DNA from: an uncultured Collinsella sp.
GTDB taxonomy: Bacteria; Actinomycetota; Coriobacteriia; Coriobacteriales; Coriobacteriaceae
DNA length: 64,000 bases
Assembly (NCBI GenBank): GCA_900551665.1
Contig: URWW01000001.1
Location: forward strand, 970 to 64,969
Direction: 5' to 3'
Shown here: positions 31,732 through 40,634 of the stretch, one piece after another
How positions within the stretch are numbered: the first letter of the stretch is position 1
How the letters are laid out: each line of letters starts with the position of its first letter
Made by a program: the position numbers and the translations under genes
Notes under the pieces: model-generated
Seen by the model: only the letters and a program-made list of their open reading frames with translations
The model's database searches: none
Told to the model about the DNA's origin: nothing

Positions 31732-32496
31732 ATGCTTTTGGCCATCGATATGGGCAACACCCAAACCGCACTCGGCCTCTTTGACGGCGACGAGCTCGTA
31801 CACGCATGGCGCATGCCCACGGACCGCACGCTCACCAAAGACGAACTGCACGTACGCCTGCTCGGCTATTTCCACAAGGACGGCCTGGACCTGGCCTGCG
31901 TTCATGCCATCGCGTTTGCCGGCGTGGTGCCGCAGCTCATGCGCGAATGGGAGGGCGTGGCCCGAGAGATGGGCGCGCGCCTGATGGTTGTGGGCCGTGA
32001 GACCGAAGCGGTAACCAGCATCGATGCCCCCAACCCGTCCGAGGTGGGAGCTGACCGCATCGCCAACGCCACGGCGGCGGCCGCGCTGTACGGCGCGCCG
32101 AGCATCGTGGTCGATTTTGGCACCGCCACCAACATCGACGTGGTCGACGAGCGCGGCGCCTACATCGGAGGGTGCATCGCGCCGGGAATCCGCATCTCGC
32201 TCGACGCTCTAACCGCGCGCGCCGCCCGATTGGCAAGCGTCCCGCTCGAAGCGCCCAAGGCCACGATCGGCCACACCACCGTGGAGGCCGTGCAAAGCGG
32301 CACCGTGGTGGGCGCCGCCGCGATGGCCGAGGGCCTAATCGCGCGCATCAAGCGCGAACTCGATTGCGAAGATGCGACCGTCATCGCCACCGGCGGCCTT
32401 GCGCGCGTGGTGGCCGAGGCCACCGACGCGTTCGACCACGTCGACCCCCAACTCACCATCAAGGGCATCTGCGAGATCTACCGCCGCCTGGCGTAA
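31732..32496 (+). CDS. coaX: Type III pantothenate kinase
   Basis: LAIDMGNT, EVGADR, VDFGTAT, GG.I.PG, IATGG. Confidence 0.95.
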   Translation: MLLAIDMGNTQTALGLFDGDELVHAWRMPTDRTLTKDELHVRLLGYFHKDGLDLACVHAIAFAGVVPQLMREWEGVAREMGARLMVVGRETEAVTSIDAPNPSEVGADRIANATAAAALYGAPSIVVDFGTATNIDVVDERGAYIGGCIAPGIRISLDALTARAARLASVPLEAPKATIGHTTVEAVQSGTVVGAAAMAEGLIARIKRELDCEDATVIATGGLARVVAEATDAFDHVDPQLTIKGICEIYRRLA

Positions 32497-32507
32497 AGGG
32501 TCGAACG

Positions 32508-34232
32508 CTACAGCGTGCCGAGCTCGGCGACGACGTGGCCCACGCGGTCCTCGGGCTCCTTGACGTCGATGCCCTCGTAGCGGAAGAAGCGCGCAGGGTT
32601 GTGCATGAGGTCCTCGAGCGGCACCAGCACGAAGTCGCGCTCGCCCAGGCCGGGATGCGGCAAACGCAGCTTGTCGCCGCCATGCACCTCGTTATCCATC
32701 CAAATCAAATCGCAGTCGATGACGCGCGGGCCGTTGGCGCGCACGTTCTTGCCGCGGGCGCGGCCAAGCTTCTGCTCGATCTTAAGCAGCTCCTCCAACA
32801 GGATGAGCGGGGCAAGCTCGGTCTTGATCTCCACCACGGCGTTGGCGAATGGCGCCTGGCGCGTCTCGTAGGCGGGCTCGGACTCGTAGATGCGCGAGGA
32901 GGCGGAAACGCAAGTCATGGGGATTTGGGCGATGAGATCGCGTGCCGCACGGATGTTCTCCTCGCGCTCGCCCTTGTTGGAACCGAGGGCCACGTAGGCT
33001 CGACGGGGATGAGGACGGGCAATGGCCCAAAAACCGTTCAGGAACTGGTAGAAACCGGCGACATCGTGCACGCGCACGATGTTTGCGCCCTGCTCGATGG
33101 CGCCCAGGCACACGCCGAACGTGGCGATGTCGCGCTCCCTGGCGTTTGCCACGCCCGAGATGGCGCCCACCAGGCGCTTGCGCGATACGGCACACAGCGT
33201 GGGATAGCCCAGCGAGGCGATCTTGCCCAGCTCGCGTTGGATAACGATGTCCTCGTTGGCCTCCTTGCCAAAACCCGAGCCCGGATCCAGGCAGATGCGC
33301 TCGCGGGCCACGCCTGCGTGTATGAGTGCGCGGGCCTGGTCGGACAGGAAGCCCATGACGCGACGCATGATCGGGGCCGAATCGGGCAGGGTGAAGCGGC
33401 GGAGCTGCGCGGAGCGGCTGCCGTTGTATGCGGTGGCCCCGGAGCGCGCCATGACGGCCGCAAGATCGTCGCTGGAAGGTGCGTCTTCGACCGATGCGCT
33501 CACGGCATCCGCGCCGGTCGCATCGAACGCCACGGCGGCAGATGCGCCGGGGGCCGGCGCGGCCTGCTCGGCATCGGCTGCGGGAGCCGGCGCGTCGAAC
33601 GGCAGCTGCGGCTGCAGGGGCTGCACCATGCCGGAGATGAGCTTTGCCTTGGCGGCGCGCTTGGACTTGCCGGTGGCGCCCAGCGCGCGAGCGGCCTCCT
33701 CGGCCTCGCGAGCCTTCTGCGCCATGAATGCGGCGGCGGAGGTGTCGAGCTGGACCTCGGTGTGCGTGCGGGGACGCTCGACGTCGGCAACCTCGCCGGC
33801 ATGCATGACCACCAGGCCGCAGTCGCTCTCCTTGACGAAATCGACCATGCGCGGGTCGGTGAAGCCCGTCACGTCGTTGACGATGGAGGCTCCCACGCGG
33901 ACGGCCGCCTTGGCGACTTCCACATGGCGGGTATCGATAGACACAACGGCGCCGGCCTTGGCGAGCGCCTGCACGACCGGCAGCACGCGGCGCGCCTCGG
34001 TGTCGGGATCGACCGGGGTGAAACTGGGACGGGTCGACTCGCCGCCGACGTCGATGATATCGGCGCCATCGTCGAGCATCTTGAGGCCGTGCGCGATCGC
34101 GGCGTCGGTATCGAGGTGCTCGCCACCGTCGCTAAAGGAATCGGGCGTGACGTTGAGGACGCCCATGATGCGCGGGCGGTCGAACTTAAGCTCGTATTTT
34201 CCGCAGCGCCAAACTTTGGAATCGCGTGCCAT
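32508..34232 (-). CDS. folPK: Fused dihydropteroate synthase (N-terminal) and HPPK (C-terminal)
   Basis: FolP motifs GVLNVTPDSFSDGG, DVGGESTRP, DPGSGFGK, SRKR, VRVHDV; FolK motifs YVALGSN.G, YESEP, GPRVIDCDLI, PHP...RDFVL.PL. Confidence 0.93.
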   Translation of the reverse strand: MARDSKVWRCGKYELKFDRPRIMGVLNVTPDSFSDGGEHLDTDAAIAHGLKMLDDGADIIDVGGESTRPSFTPVDPDTEARRVLPVVQALAKAGAVVSIDTRHVEVAKAAVRVGASIVNDVTGFTDPRMVDFVKESDCGLVVMHAGEVADVERPRTHTEVQLDTSAAAFMAQKAREAEEAARALGATGKSKRAAKAKLISGMVQPLQPQLPFDAPAPAADAEQAAPAPGASAAVAFDATGADAVSASVEDAPSSDDLAAVMARSGATAYNGSRSAQLRRFTLPDSAPIMRRVMGFLSDQARALIHAGVARERICLDPGSGFGKEANEDIVIQRELGKIASLGYPTLCAVSRKRLVGAISGVANARERDIATFGVCLGAIEQGANIVRVHDVAGFYQFLNGFWAIARPHPRRAYVALGSNKGEREENIRAARDLIAQIPMTCVSASSRIYESEPAYETRQAPFANAVVEIKTELAPLILLEELLKIEQKLGRARGKNVRANGPRVIDCDLIWMDNEVHGGDKLRLPHPGLGERDFVLVPLEDLMHNPARFFRYEGIDVKEPEDRVGHVVAELGTL

Positions 34233-34372
34233 GAGGATCCTTTCGAAACAGACAAACTCGTTCTATTGTATCCAGCCCGCCCGTCTTCGATGCGCGAAAG
34301 TCGCGACGGGCGGTGGCCCGGTGCGGATGCGGCTGCAGTCGGCGGCACACACCAACCCGCGAGGACCGCGGC

Positions 34373-35125
34373 CTAGAACTCGAACGCCCGCGCGATATCG
34401 CAGGAGATGAGCAGGTCGGCGCGCTCGTCCTGGGGCGTGGGGTCGCGATTCACGATGACCAGGGAAGCACCCTGGAAGAAGCGCGTGAGCCCCGCCGCGG
34501 GATAGACCACGAGCGACGTACCCCCGACGATGAGGGCGTCGGCCTGCGAGATCGCGCGCACGGCCCCGTCGACTACCTCCTCATCGAGGGGCTCCTCGTA
34601 AAGCACTACATCGGGCTTGATGGCGGCCCCGCACGCCGGGCACACCGGAACGCCGTCGTCGCCATCGTGCTCGCGCGCCATGATCCACGCGGCGTCGTAC
34701 ACGGCCCCGCACGAATGGCAGATGTTGCGGTGAACCGAGCCGTGCAGCTCGTAAACCGCGCGCGAGCCGGCGGCCTGGTGAAGGCCGTCGATGTTTTGCG
34801 TCACGATGGCGGAAAGCACTCCCGCCCGCTCGAGCTCGGCGAGCTTGAGATGGCACGCGTTCGGCCGCGCATCGAGCGCAATCATCTTCTCGCGGTAGAA
34901 ATCGTAGAACTCGGGGCGGTGCGCCTCGTAGAAGCCATGCGAGAGCATCGTCTCGGGCGGATAGGCGAAACGTTGGCTATACAGGCCGTCCTGACTGCGG
35001 AAATCAGGTATGCCGCTCGCCGTGGACACGCCGGCTCCGCCGAAGAACACGACTTTGGCGTGCGTTTCGAACAGGTCCGCGAGGGCACGCTGGGCGAGGG
35101 CGGGATCGGTGATGGCTCGGGACAT
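34373..35125 (-). CDS. cobB: NAD-dependent protein deacylase (Sir2/CobB family)
   Basis: GAGVSTASGIPDFR, TQNIDGLH, ELHGS, CxxC..CxxC, KPDVVLY, GTSL.VYPAA. Confidence 0.93.
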   Translation of the reverse strand: MSRAITDPALAQRALADLFETHAKVVFFGGAGVSTASGIPDFRSQDGLYSQRFAYPPETMLSHGFYEAHRPEFYDFYREKMIALDARPNACHLKLAELERAGVLSAIVTQNIDGLHQAAGSRAVYELHGSVHRNICHSCGAVYDAAWIMAREHDGDDGVPVCPACGAAIKPDVVLYEEPLDEEVVDGAVRAISQADALIVGGTSLVVYPAAGLTRFFQGASLVIVNRDPTPQDERADLLISCDIARAFEF

Positions 35126-35375
35126 GGGCATCCTTTCTCGAGAGCGGCGGCCACAAGGGGCCGCATGCGCGGCATGGCGACGCGGACGACGGGGTCCCGC
35201 CCATCCGCCCCACGGCCGTTAAGGCCCCATCTATCTAGTATAGTTAGCCATGCGATACCCTAAGGGGGCCATTTTGCCCGGCACCCGAACGGAGCCCACC
35301 GGCCCGCCGATGTCCGAACGCCGGCATACAGCCCGTCGACATATCCCGCATCGACCCTCTCCAAAGGAGACCATC

Positions 35376-36218
35376 ATGACCGACACCACTTCCCGCACGC
35401 TCAAGCTCGCCTCGTGGAACGTCAACGGCCTGCGCGCCGTGCTCAAGAAGGACCCGAGCTTCACCGACATCGTGGCCGAGCTCGACGCCGACGTCCTCGG
35501 CCTGCAGGAGACCAAGTTGCAGGAGGGCCAGGTCGAACTCGACCTTCCCGGCTATCACCAGGTGTGGAGCTACGCCGAGCGCAAGGGCTACTCCGGCACC
35601 GCCGTGTTCACGCGCGAGGAGCCCCTCTCCGTGCGCCACGCCGACGCCGTGCTCGCAGCCGGGCGCGCCGCGGGCCTCTCCGACGACGAACTCGAACTGG
35701 TCGCCGTGGCCGCCACCGAGGGTCGCGTGTGCGCTCTGGAGTTCGACGCCTTTTGGTTCGTGGACGTGTACACTCCCAACGCGCAGGGCGAGCTCGCCCG
35801 CCTAAGCACGCGCATGGCCTGGGACGACGCCTATCGCGCGTTCCTGCGCTCACTCGAGGACGAGACGGGCAAGCCGGTTGTGACCTGCGGTGATTTCAAT
35901 GTGGCCCACAACGAGATCGACCTCAAGAACCCCAAGTCCAACCGCGGCAACGCGGGTTTCTCCGACGAGGAACGCGCCAAGTTCGGCGAGCTGCTCGGTG
36001 CCGGCTACACCGACACGTTCCGCGCCGCCAACCCCGACCTAGAGGGCGCCTACAGCTGGTGGAGCTACCGTTTCAACGCGCGCAAGAACAACGCCGGCTG
36101 GCGCATCGACTACTTCCTGGTAAGCGACTCGATCGCCGACCGCGTAAGGGCCACGGGCATCCGCAGCGACATCTTTGGCTCTGACCACTGCCCCGTCACC
36201 CTCGAGATCGAGCTGTAG
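35376..36218 (+). CDS. xth: Exodeoxyribonuclease III
   Basis: SWNVNGLRA, LQETK, GYSGTA, GDFNVAH, YSWWSYR, GWRIDY, SDHCP. Confidence 0.96.
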   Translation: MTDTTSRTLKLASWNVNGLRAVLKKDPSFTDIVAELDADVLGLQETKLQEGQVELDLPGYHQVWSYAERKGYSGTAVFTREEPLSVRHADAVLAAGRAAGLSDDELELVAVAATEGRVCALEFDAFWFVDVYTPNAQGELARLSTRMAWDDAYRAFLRSLEDETGKPVVTCGDFNVAHNEIDLKNPKSNRGNAGFSDEERAKFGELLGAGYTDTFRAANPDLEGAYSWWSYRFNARKNNAGWRIDYFLVSDSIADRVRATGIRSDIFGSDHCPVTLEIEL

Positions 36219-36234
36219 GGCCGCCGCGCAGACG

Positions 36235-36963
36235 CTACAGCCCGTACTTGCGCACGACTCGACCGATGCGTCGCGTCCACGGACCGTACAAAACCGCGAG
36301 GAACAGGGCGGTCGCCACGCCGTGCATCGCGTCGAAGGGCAGGGAGGCGGCCACGTAGGCCAGCGCACCGGCCCATGTGAGCGGACGCACGAATCCCAGC
36401 ACGCCATACGCATTGATGATCACGCCGTATAGGGCGCCGGATGCCAGGCCCATGAGCACGAGCGCCCATACGCGCGGGCGGCCGGCCGCGCGATCCTCGA
36501 ATACGCCGGACCGAGCCAGCATGCCGCCCACGTATCCCACCACGCCCCAGGCATACATCTGCCATGGGCTCCACAGCCCCTGGCCAAAAAAGAAATTGCT
36601 GGTAAGCGCAGCAAGCGCACCGACCATGAAGCCGTTGCGCGGGCCCAACGTCGCGCCGGCGATGATAGCGATCGCGGAAAGCGGCTTGAAGTCCGGAATG
36701 GGCGCAAACAGGATGCGCCCCGCCGCCGCGCACGCGGCGAGCACCAACGTGGGCATGATCTGGCGCAGCGCAGGCCGGCTCCGCTCGTACCCCAAAAAGA
36801 ACAGGACGAGCACCAGCGTCACGACGACCATCATGAGCAGTGCGGCGTTTGCCGCCCCCGTCAGCAATGCCGCGCCCATGACCAGGGGAACCGCAGCCAG
36901 CAGCGCAATTTCGAGAATGTGTCCGCACGTGCCGCTCAAACGCATCTCATCCCCCACCATCAT
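36235..36963 (-). CDS. ECF transporter S component (CbrT-like)
   Basis: KP..AI.II.G..LG...GF..GAL.AL.SNFFFGQG.W.PWQM..WG; multiple TM helices. Confidence 0.8.
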   Translation of the reverse strand: MMVGDEMRLSGTCGHILEIALLAAVPLVMGAALLTGAANAALLMMVVVTLVLVLFFLGYERSRPALRQIMPTLVLAACAAAGRILFAPIPDFKPLSAIAIIAGATLGPRNGFMVGALAALTSNFFFGQGLWSPWQMYAWGVVGYVGGMLARSGVFEDRAAGRPRVWALVLMGLASGALYGVIINAYGVLGFVRPLTWAGALAYVAASLPFDAMHGVATALFLAVLYGPWTRRIGRVVRKYGL

Positions 36964-38399
36964 GGCCGGTAGAACAGGTTGTTGCGGAAGAACTCGCCCA
37001 CGGGTTCCGTGCAGGCAAGCTCGCCGTCGAACATAAGGGACACGCGGTCGGCAATGCGGCGCACGAACGCCAGGTCGTGCGTGGATACGACGACCGTAAC
37101 ACCGTCGCGGCGAGCAGCCTCAATCATGCCGGCCACATGCTCGCGGGCGGCGCGGTCGAGACCCTTGGTCGGTTCGTCGAGCAACAGAAGCCGTGGATGA
37201 ACGAGTAGCAACTTACCCAAGGCGAGCATCTGGCGTTGACCGCCGGACAGGTCGTATGGATGCAGGCCGGCGCGGTCGGCAAGACCGAGCTCTCCCATCA
37301 TGGTCTGAACCTCATCTGCGCCATATCCACCGATATGAGCCCATTCCATGAGCTCCTCGTCCACACGCTCCTCGGCAAAAAGGGCCTTGGGATCCTGGGG
37401 AAGCATCGCCTTGGCCGAAATCGCGGAGCGCACCTCGCCCCGCTGCGCACGGCGCGTGCCCGCGATAAGGGCGAGCAGCGTCGATTTGCCACAGCCGTTA
37501 CCGCCAACCAGGGCATGCACCTCGCCCTTACGCACCTCAAGATCCAAACCGCGTAACACCCAGTCGTCATCGCGGCCGTACCGGAACCAAGCGTCGCGCG
37601 CGGACACGGCGATGTTCCCAGACATAGCGGGGACCGCCGCGGAACCCTCGGCCGCAGCGCGGGAGACGGACACCGCGGCCGCGACTTCGGTGGCCTCGCA
37701 CTTGAAGCGCCCCAGGTCCTCAATCGGCCTCACGGCGCCATCCACCAGTTCGAATGCGCAGGTCGCATAATCAGCCATCAGCTCGGGCTCGTGCGTCGCC
37801 ACAACCACGGTACATCCCAGCTCCCGGTTCACGCGGAATAGGGCATGCAGGAAATTGCGCGCCGCGATGGGGTCGAGCTGCGCCGTCGGCTCGTCGAGCA
37901 GCAGCACGCGCGGCTGCATGACGAGCGTCGAGGCAAGCGCCAACAACTGCTTGCGACCACCCGAAAGCGCATCCGTATCGCTGTGGAACCACGGCCCCAT
38001 GCCAAAGAAGTAGCTCGCCTCGGCAACACGACGGCGCATCTCGCCCTGGGGCGTACCGAGGTTTTCCAAGCCGAATGCCATCTCGTGCCACACGCTGTCG
38101 CACACGATCTGGTTATCGGGGTCTTGGAACACATAGCCGACCTCACATGCCTCGGCCCCATCCAAGTCATCCACGGGCCTGCCGAACACGCACACCTGGC
38201 CGCCACGGTCCCCCGCAGGGGCAATCTGCGGCTTGGCCAGCGAGAGCAACGTCGACTTGCCCGAACCGGTGCCTCCCACCAGCAGCGCGAACGCACCGGC
38301 GGGAACGGCCATGGACACGCCGCTCAGCACGTCGCCATGGGAGCCCGGATAGCGAAACGTCACGTCATCGTACGCGAGCGCGATACCTTCACCGCTCAT
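36960..38399 (-). CDS. ECF transporter ATPase with two fused NBDs
   Basis: GGTGSGKST...FQDPDNQI...LSGG..LLDEP and GGNGCGKST...HPYDLSGGQ..LLDEP. Confidence 0.9.
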   Translation of the reverse strand: MSGEGIALAYDDVTFRYPGSHGDVLSGVSMAVPAGAFALLVGGTGSGKSTLLSLAKPQIAPAGDRGGQVCVFGRPVDDLDGAEACEVGYVFQDPDNQIVCDSVWHEMAFGLENLGTPQGEMRRRVAEASYFFGMGPWFHSDTDALSGGRKQLLALASTLVMQPRVLLLDEPTAQLDPIAARNFLHALFRVNRELGCTVVVATHEPELMADYATCAFELVDGAVRPIEDLGRFKCEATEVAAAVSVSRAAAEGSAAVPAMSGNIAVSARDAWFRYGRDDDWVLRGLDLEVRKGEVHALVGGNGCGKSTLLALIAGTRRAQRGEVRSAISAKAMLPQDPKALFAEERVDEELMEWAHIGGYGADEVQTMMGELGLADRAGLHPYDLSGGQRQMLALGKLLLVHPRLLLLDEPTKGLDRAAREHVAGMIEAARRDGVTVVVSTHDLAFVRRIADRVSLMFDGELACTEPVGEFFRNNLFYRP

Positions 38400-39286
38400 G
38401 CGAACACGCTCCTCTCATACACATGCAGCGCCGCGGGAACGAACATCCAGGCGGCGTAGGGAATGTAGCTCAGCCAAGGACCCAAGGGCGAGAGCCGGGG
38501 ATAAAACGCAAAGGACGAGGACCGCCACGCCACCGCGATGCAGAGGGCGCCGAAGGCTGCGACGAGCATCAGGCCGAACATGTCGCGCGAAGTGAAGCGA
38601 TAGCGAACGTACGTGGTCCGGCGCTCCGCGGCGCCCCAGCCCCGCGCGCGCATGGCGTCGGCGGTTTCCAGGGAGTCTTCCATGGCCCAGCCCATAAGCA
38701 CCGAGCTCTGCCGCATGCGGCGCCGCACAAGGCCGCAACGCTCGCCGGCACGCCGGCGGCCATTCTCATCGGCGCAGCTCAGAGCCACATCCTGCACATC
38801 GGCAATCACACGCCCCTGTCGCACGAAGCGCGGGATGAGGCGCATCGTCATCGAGATCATGAGCGATACGACCGGCGCCGCGTTGCCGAACAGGGAGAGC
38901 ACCTTGTCCTGCGGCAAGATATCGCGGGCGGCCTGGAACCACAGGACGCTCGCCATGAACATCACCGCCATGACAACGCCGTACAGGAGGCTCTCGGCAT
39001 ACACCGGCATGCCGAACGGCGAAAACAGCAACGTGTTCCCCCGCTGAGCGAACAGAGGGTTCACGCAAGCCAGCAACGCGATGAGCGGAAGCTGCCAACG
39101 CAAGGCGAGCAGCGTGGGACGAACACCGCGGGCAACGGCGCCGTACGCGAGCGCCCCCGCGAGGGACAGCGACACCAGCACCGGATGCGGGGCGAACATG
39201 GTGAGGCCGAGCGTGCACGCGAGAAACACCGCCGGCACCGCGGGGTGCATGGTTCCAAATGCCGTATGCCTGGGCGCCTCCGCCAT
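38396..39286 (-). CDS. ECF transporter T component
   Basis: HP motif, NPLF..RG, R.IP.F, ADAMRARG.G. Confidence 0.88.
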   Translation of the reverse strand: MAEAPRHTAFGTMHPAVPAVFLACTLGLTMFAPHPVLVSLSLAGALAYGAVARGVRPTLLALRWQLPLIALLACVNPLFAQRGNTLLFSPFGMPVYAESLLYGVVMAVMFMASVLWFQAARDILPQDKVLSLFGNAAPVVSLMISMTMRLIPRFVRQGRVIADVQDVALSCADENGRRRAGERCGLVRRRMRQSSVLMGWAMEDSLETADAMRARGWGAAERRTTYVRYRFTSRDMFGLMLVAAFGALCIAVAWRSSSFAFYPRLSPLGPWLSYIPYAAWMFVPAALHVYERSVFA

Positions 39287-39392
39287 CCGCTCCCCCTCTT
39301 TCCGCAAATCGCCCCTTTAAGAAACAACCGGGCCCGCCAGGACCCGGCTGCACGAGCGGCGGACGAGCCGCCGCTCACATTGAACATGTTCG

Positions 39393-40379
39393 CTACATCG
39401 CGAAGTCGCCGCCCACGAGCGTGCTCACAGACTGCTCGTAGTACACGGCGGAAATGGTCTCGGCGAACTCGCCGGCAACGGAGATGGTCTTGATCTTGCC
39501 ACCCTCCTCGACGGGGATAGCGTCGGTGACCACGCACTCGACGATCGGGGCGTCGTTCAAGCGCTGGATGGCCTCGCCGGAGAAGATGCCGTGGGTGGCG
39601 CACACGTAGATGTCGCCGGCACCGAGGGCCTTGAGCTCGCGCACGTTGGCGCACAGGGTGCCCGCGGTGTCGATCATGTCGTCGTTGATGATGCAGGTCT
39701 TGCCCTTGATGTCACCGATGATGCCCATGACCTCGGCGGCGTTGTGACGCGGACGGCCCTTGTGGGCGATGGCCAGGGAGCAGCCGAGCATGTCGGACAG
39801 CTTCTTGGCGGCCTTGGCGCGACCCACGTCGGGGGAGACGACGACGAGGTTGTCGGTGTCGAAGCCCATGGCGTCGTAGTAGTCGGCGAAGAGCGGCAGG
39901 GCGGAGAGGTGGTTCACCGGGATGTCGAAGAAGCCCTGGATCTGGCCCTGGTGCAGGTCGAGCGTGATGATGCGGTCCACACCGGCGCACTCGAGCAGGT
40001 TGGCGACGAGGCGGGCGGTGATGGGCTCACGCGGGCCGGCCTTGCGGTCCTGACGGGCGTAGCCGTAGTGGGTGATGACGGCGGTGATGGAGCGGGCGGA
40101 AGCGCGCTTGGCGGCATCCGTGGCGATGAGAAGCTCCATGAGCATGTCGTTGACGTTCTCGCCGGCAACGGACTGGATCAGGAAGACGTCGGCGCCGCGG
40201 ACGGTCTCGTCATAGCGAGCGTAGATCTCGCCGTTGGCGAACTGCTTGAGCGTAAGGCCGGAGAGCTCCACGCCGAGCTGGTTGGCGATCTTCTGGGCGA
40301 GCGGACGGTTGGAGGAACCGGAGTACACTCGCAGGATCTTGCTCATATCCACGGTCTTTTTGGGATCGGTTGTCGGCAT
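39393..40379 (-). CDS. prs: Ribose-phosphate pyrophosphokinase
   Basis: FANGE, YGYARQDRK, DLH..QIQGFFD, VSPDVG, DDMIDTAGT. Confidence 0.97.
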   Translation of the reverse strand: MPTTDPKKTVDMSKILRVYSGSSNRPLAQKIANQLGVELSGLTLKQFANGEIYARYDETVRGADVFLIQSVAGENVNDMLMELLIATDAAKRASARSITAVITHYGYARQDRKAGPREPITARLVANLLECAGVDRIITLDLHQGQIQGFFDIPVNHLSALPLFADYYDAMGFDTDNLVVVSPDVGRAKAAKKLSDMLGCSLAIAHKGRPRHNAAEVMGIIGDIKGKTCIINDDMIDTAGTLCANVRELKALGAGDIYVCATHGIFSGEAIQRLNDAPIVECVVTDAIPVEEGGKIKTISVAGEFAETISAVYYEQSVSTLVGGDFAM

Positions 40380-40496
40380 GACTTCTCCTTTATACGCCAC
40401 AACTTCCTTACACGTTCTATATATTAGCCACTTTGTCAGCTAATTGACCACCGATAACGCACCCAACGAAACTTCATCGGCGAGCGCACCCCCCGG

Positions 40497-40624
40497 TGTG
40501 TAATTGGGGACGGGTGCAAATTACACATCGGGGACCTCGGCATGGAAAAGCCGGCCGCCCAACATCGGACGGCCGGCAGGCCCATCGGCAGGATGTGTAA
40601 TTTGCACCCGTCCCCAATTACACA
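40497..40624. repeat. REP-like doublet: perfect 33-bp inverted repeat enclosing a terminator-like hairpin
   Basis: TGTGTAATTGGGGACGGGTGCAAATTACACATC (40497-40529) and its exact reverse complement (40592-40624); inner AAAA-GCCGGCCG...CGGCCGGC (40546-40577). Confidence 0.85.
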
Positions 40625-40634
40625 TCCGAAAGAG

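Noticed and set aside
21875..34376. Long opposite-strand ORFs (21875-23794, 24324-25739, 28364-30790, 32172-34376)
   Set aside because: Mirror frames of the ABC exporter, ccmF and folPK genes
34373..35125. Sir2 as an anti-phage defence effector
   Set aside because: Stand-alone Zn-finger CobB-type sirtuin among housekeeping genes, with no HerA, pAgo or Thoeris partner
39287..39392. Cobalamin riboswitch ahead of the ECF operon
   Set aside because: The spacer is too short and shows no B12-box-like sequence
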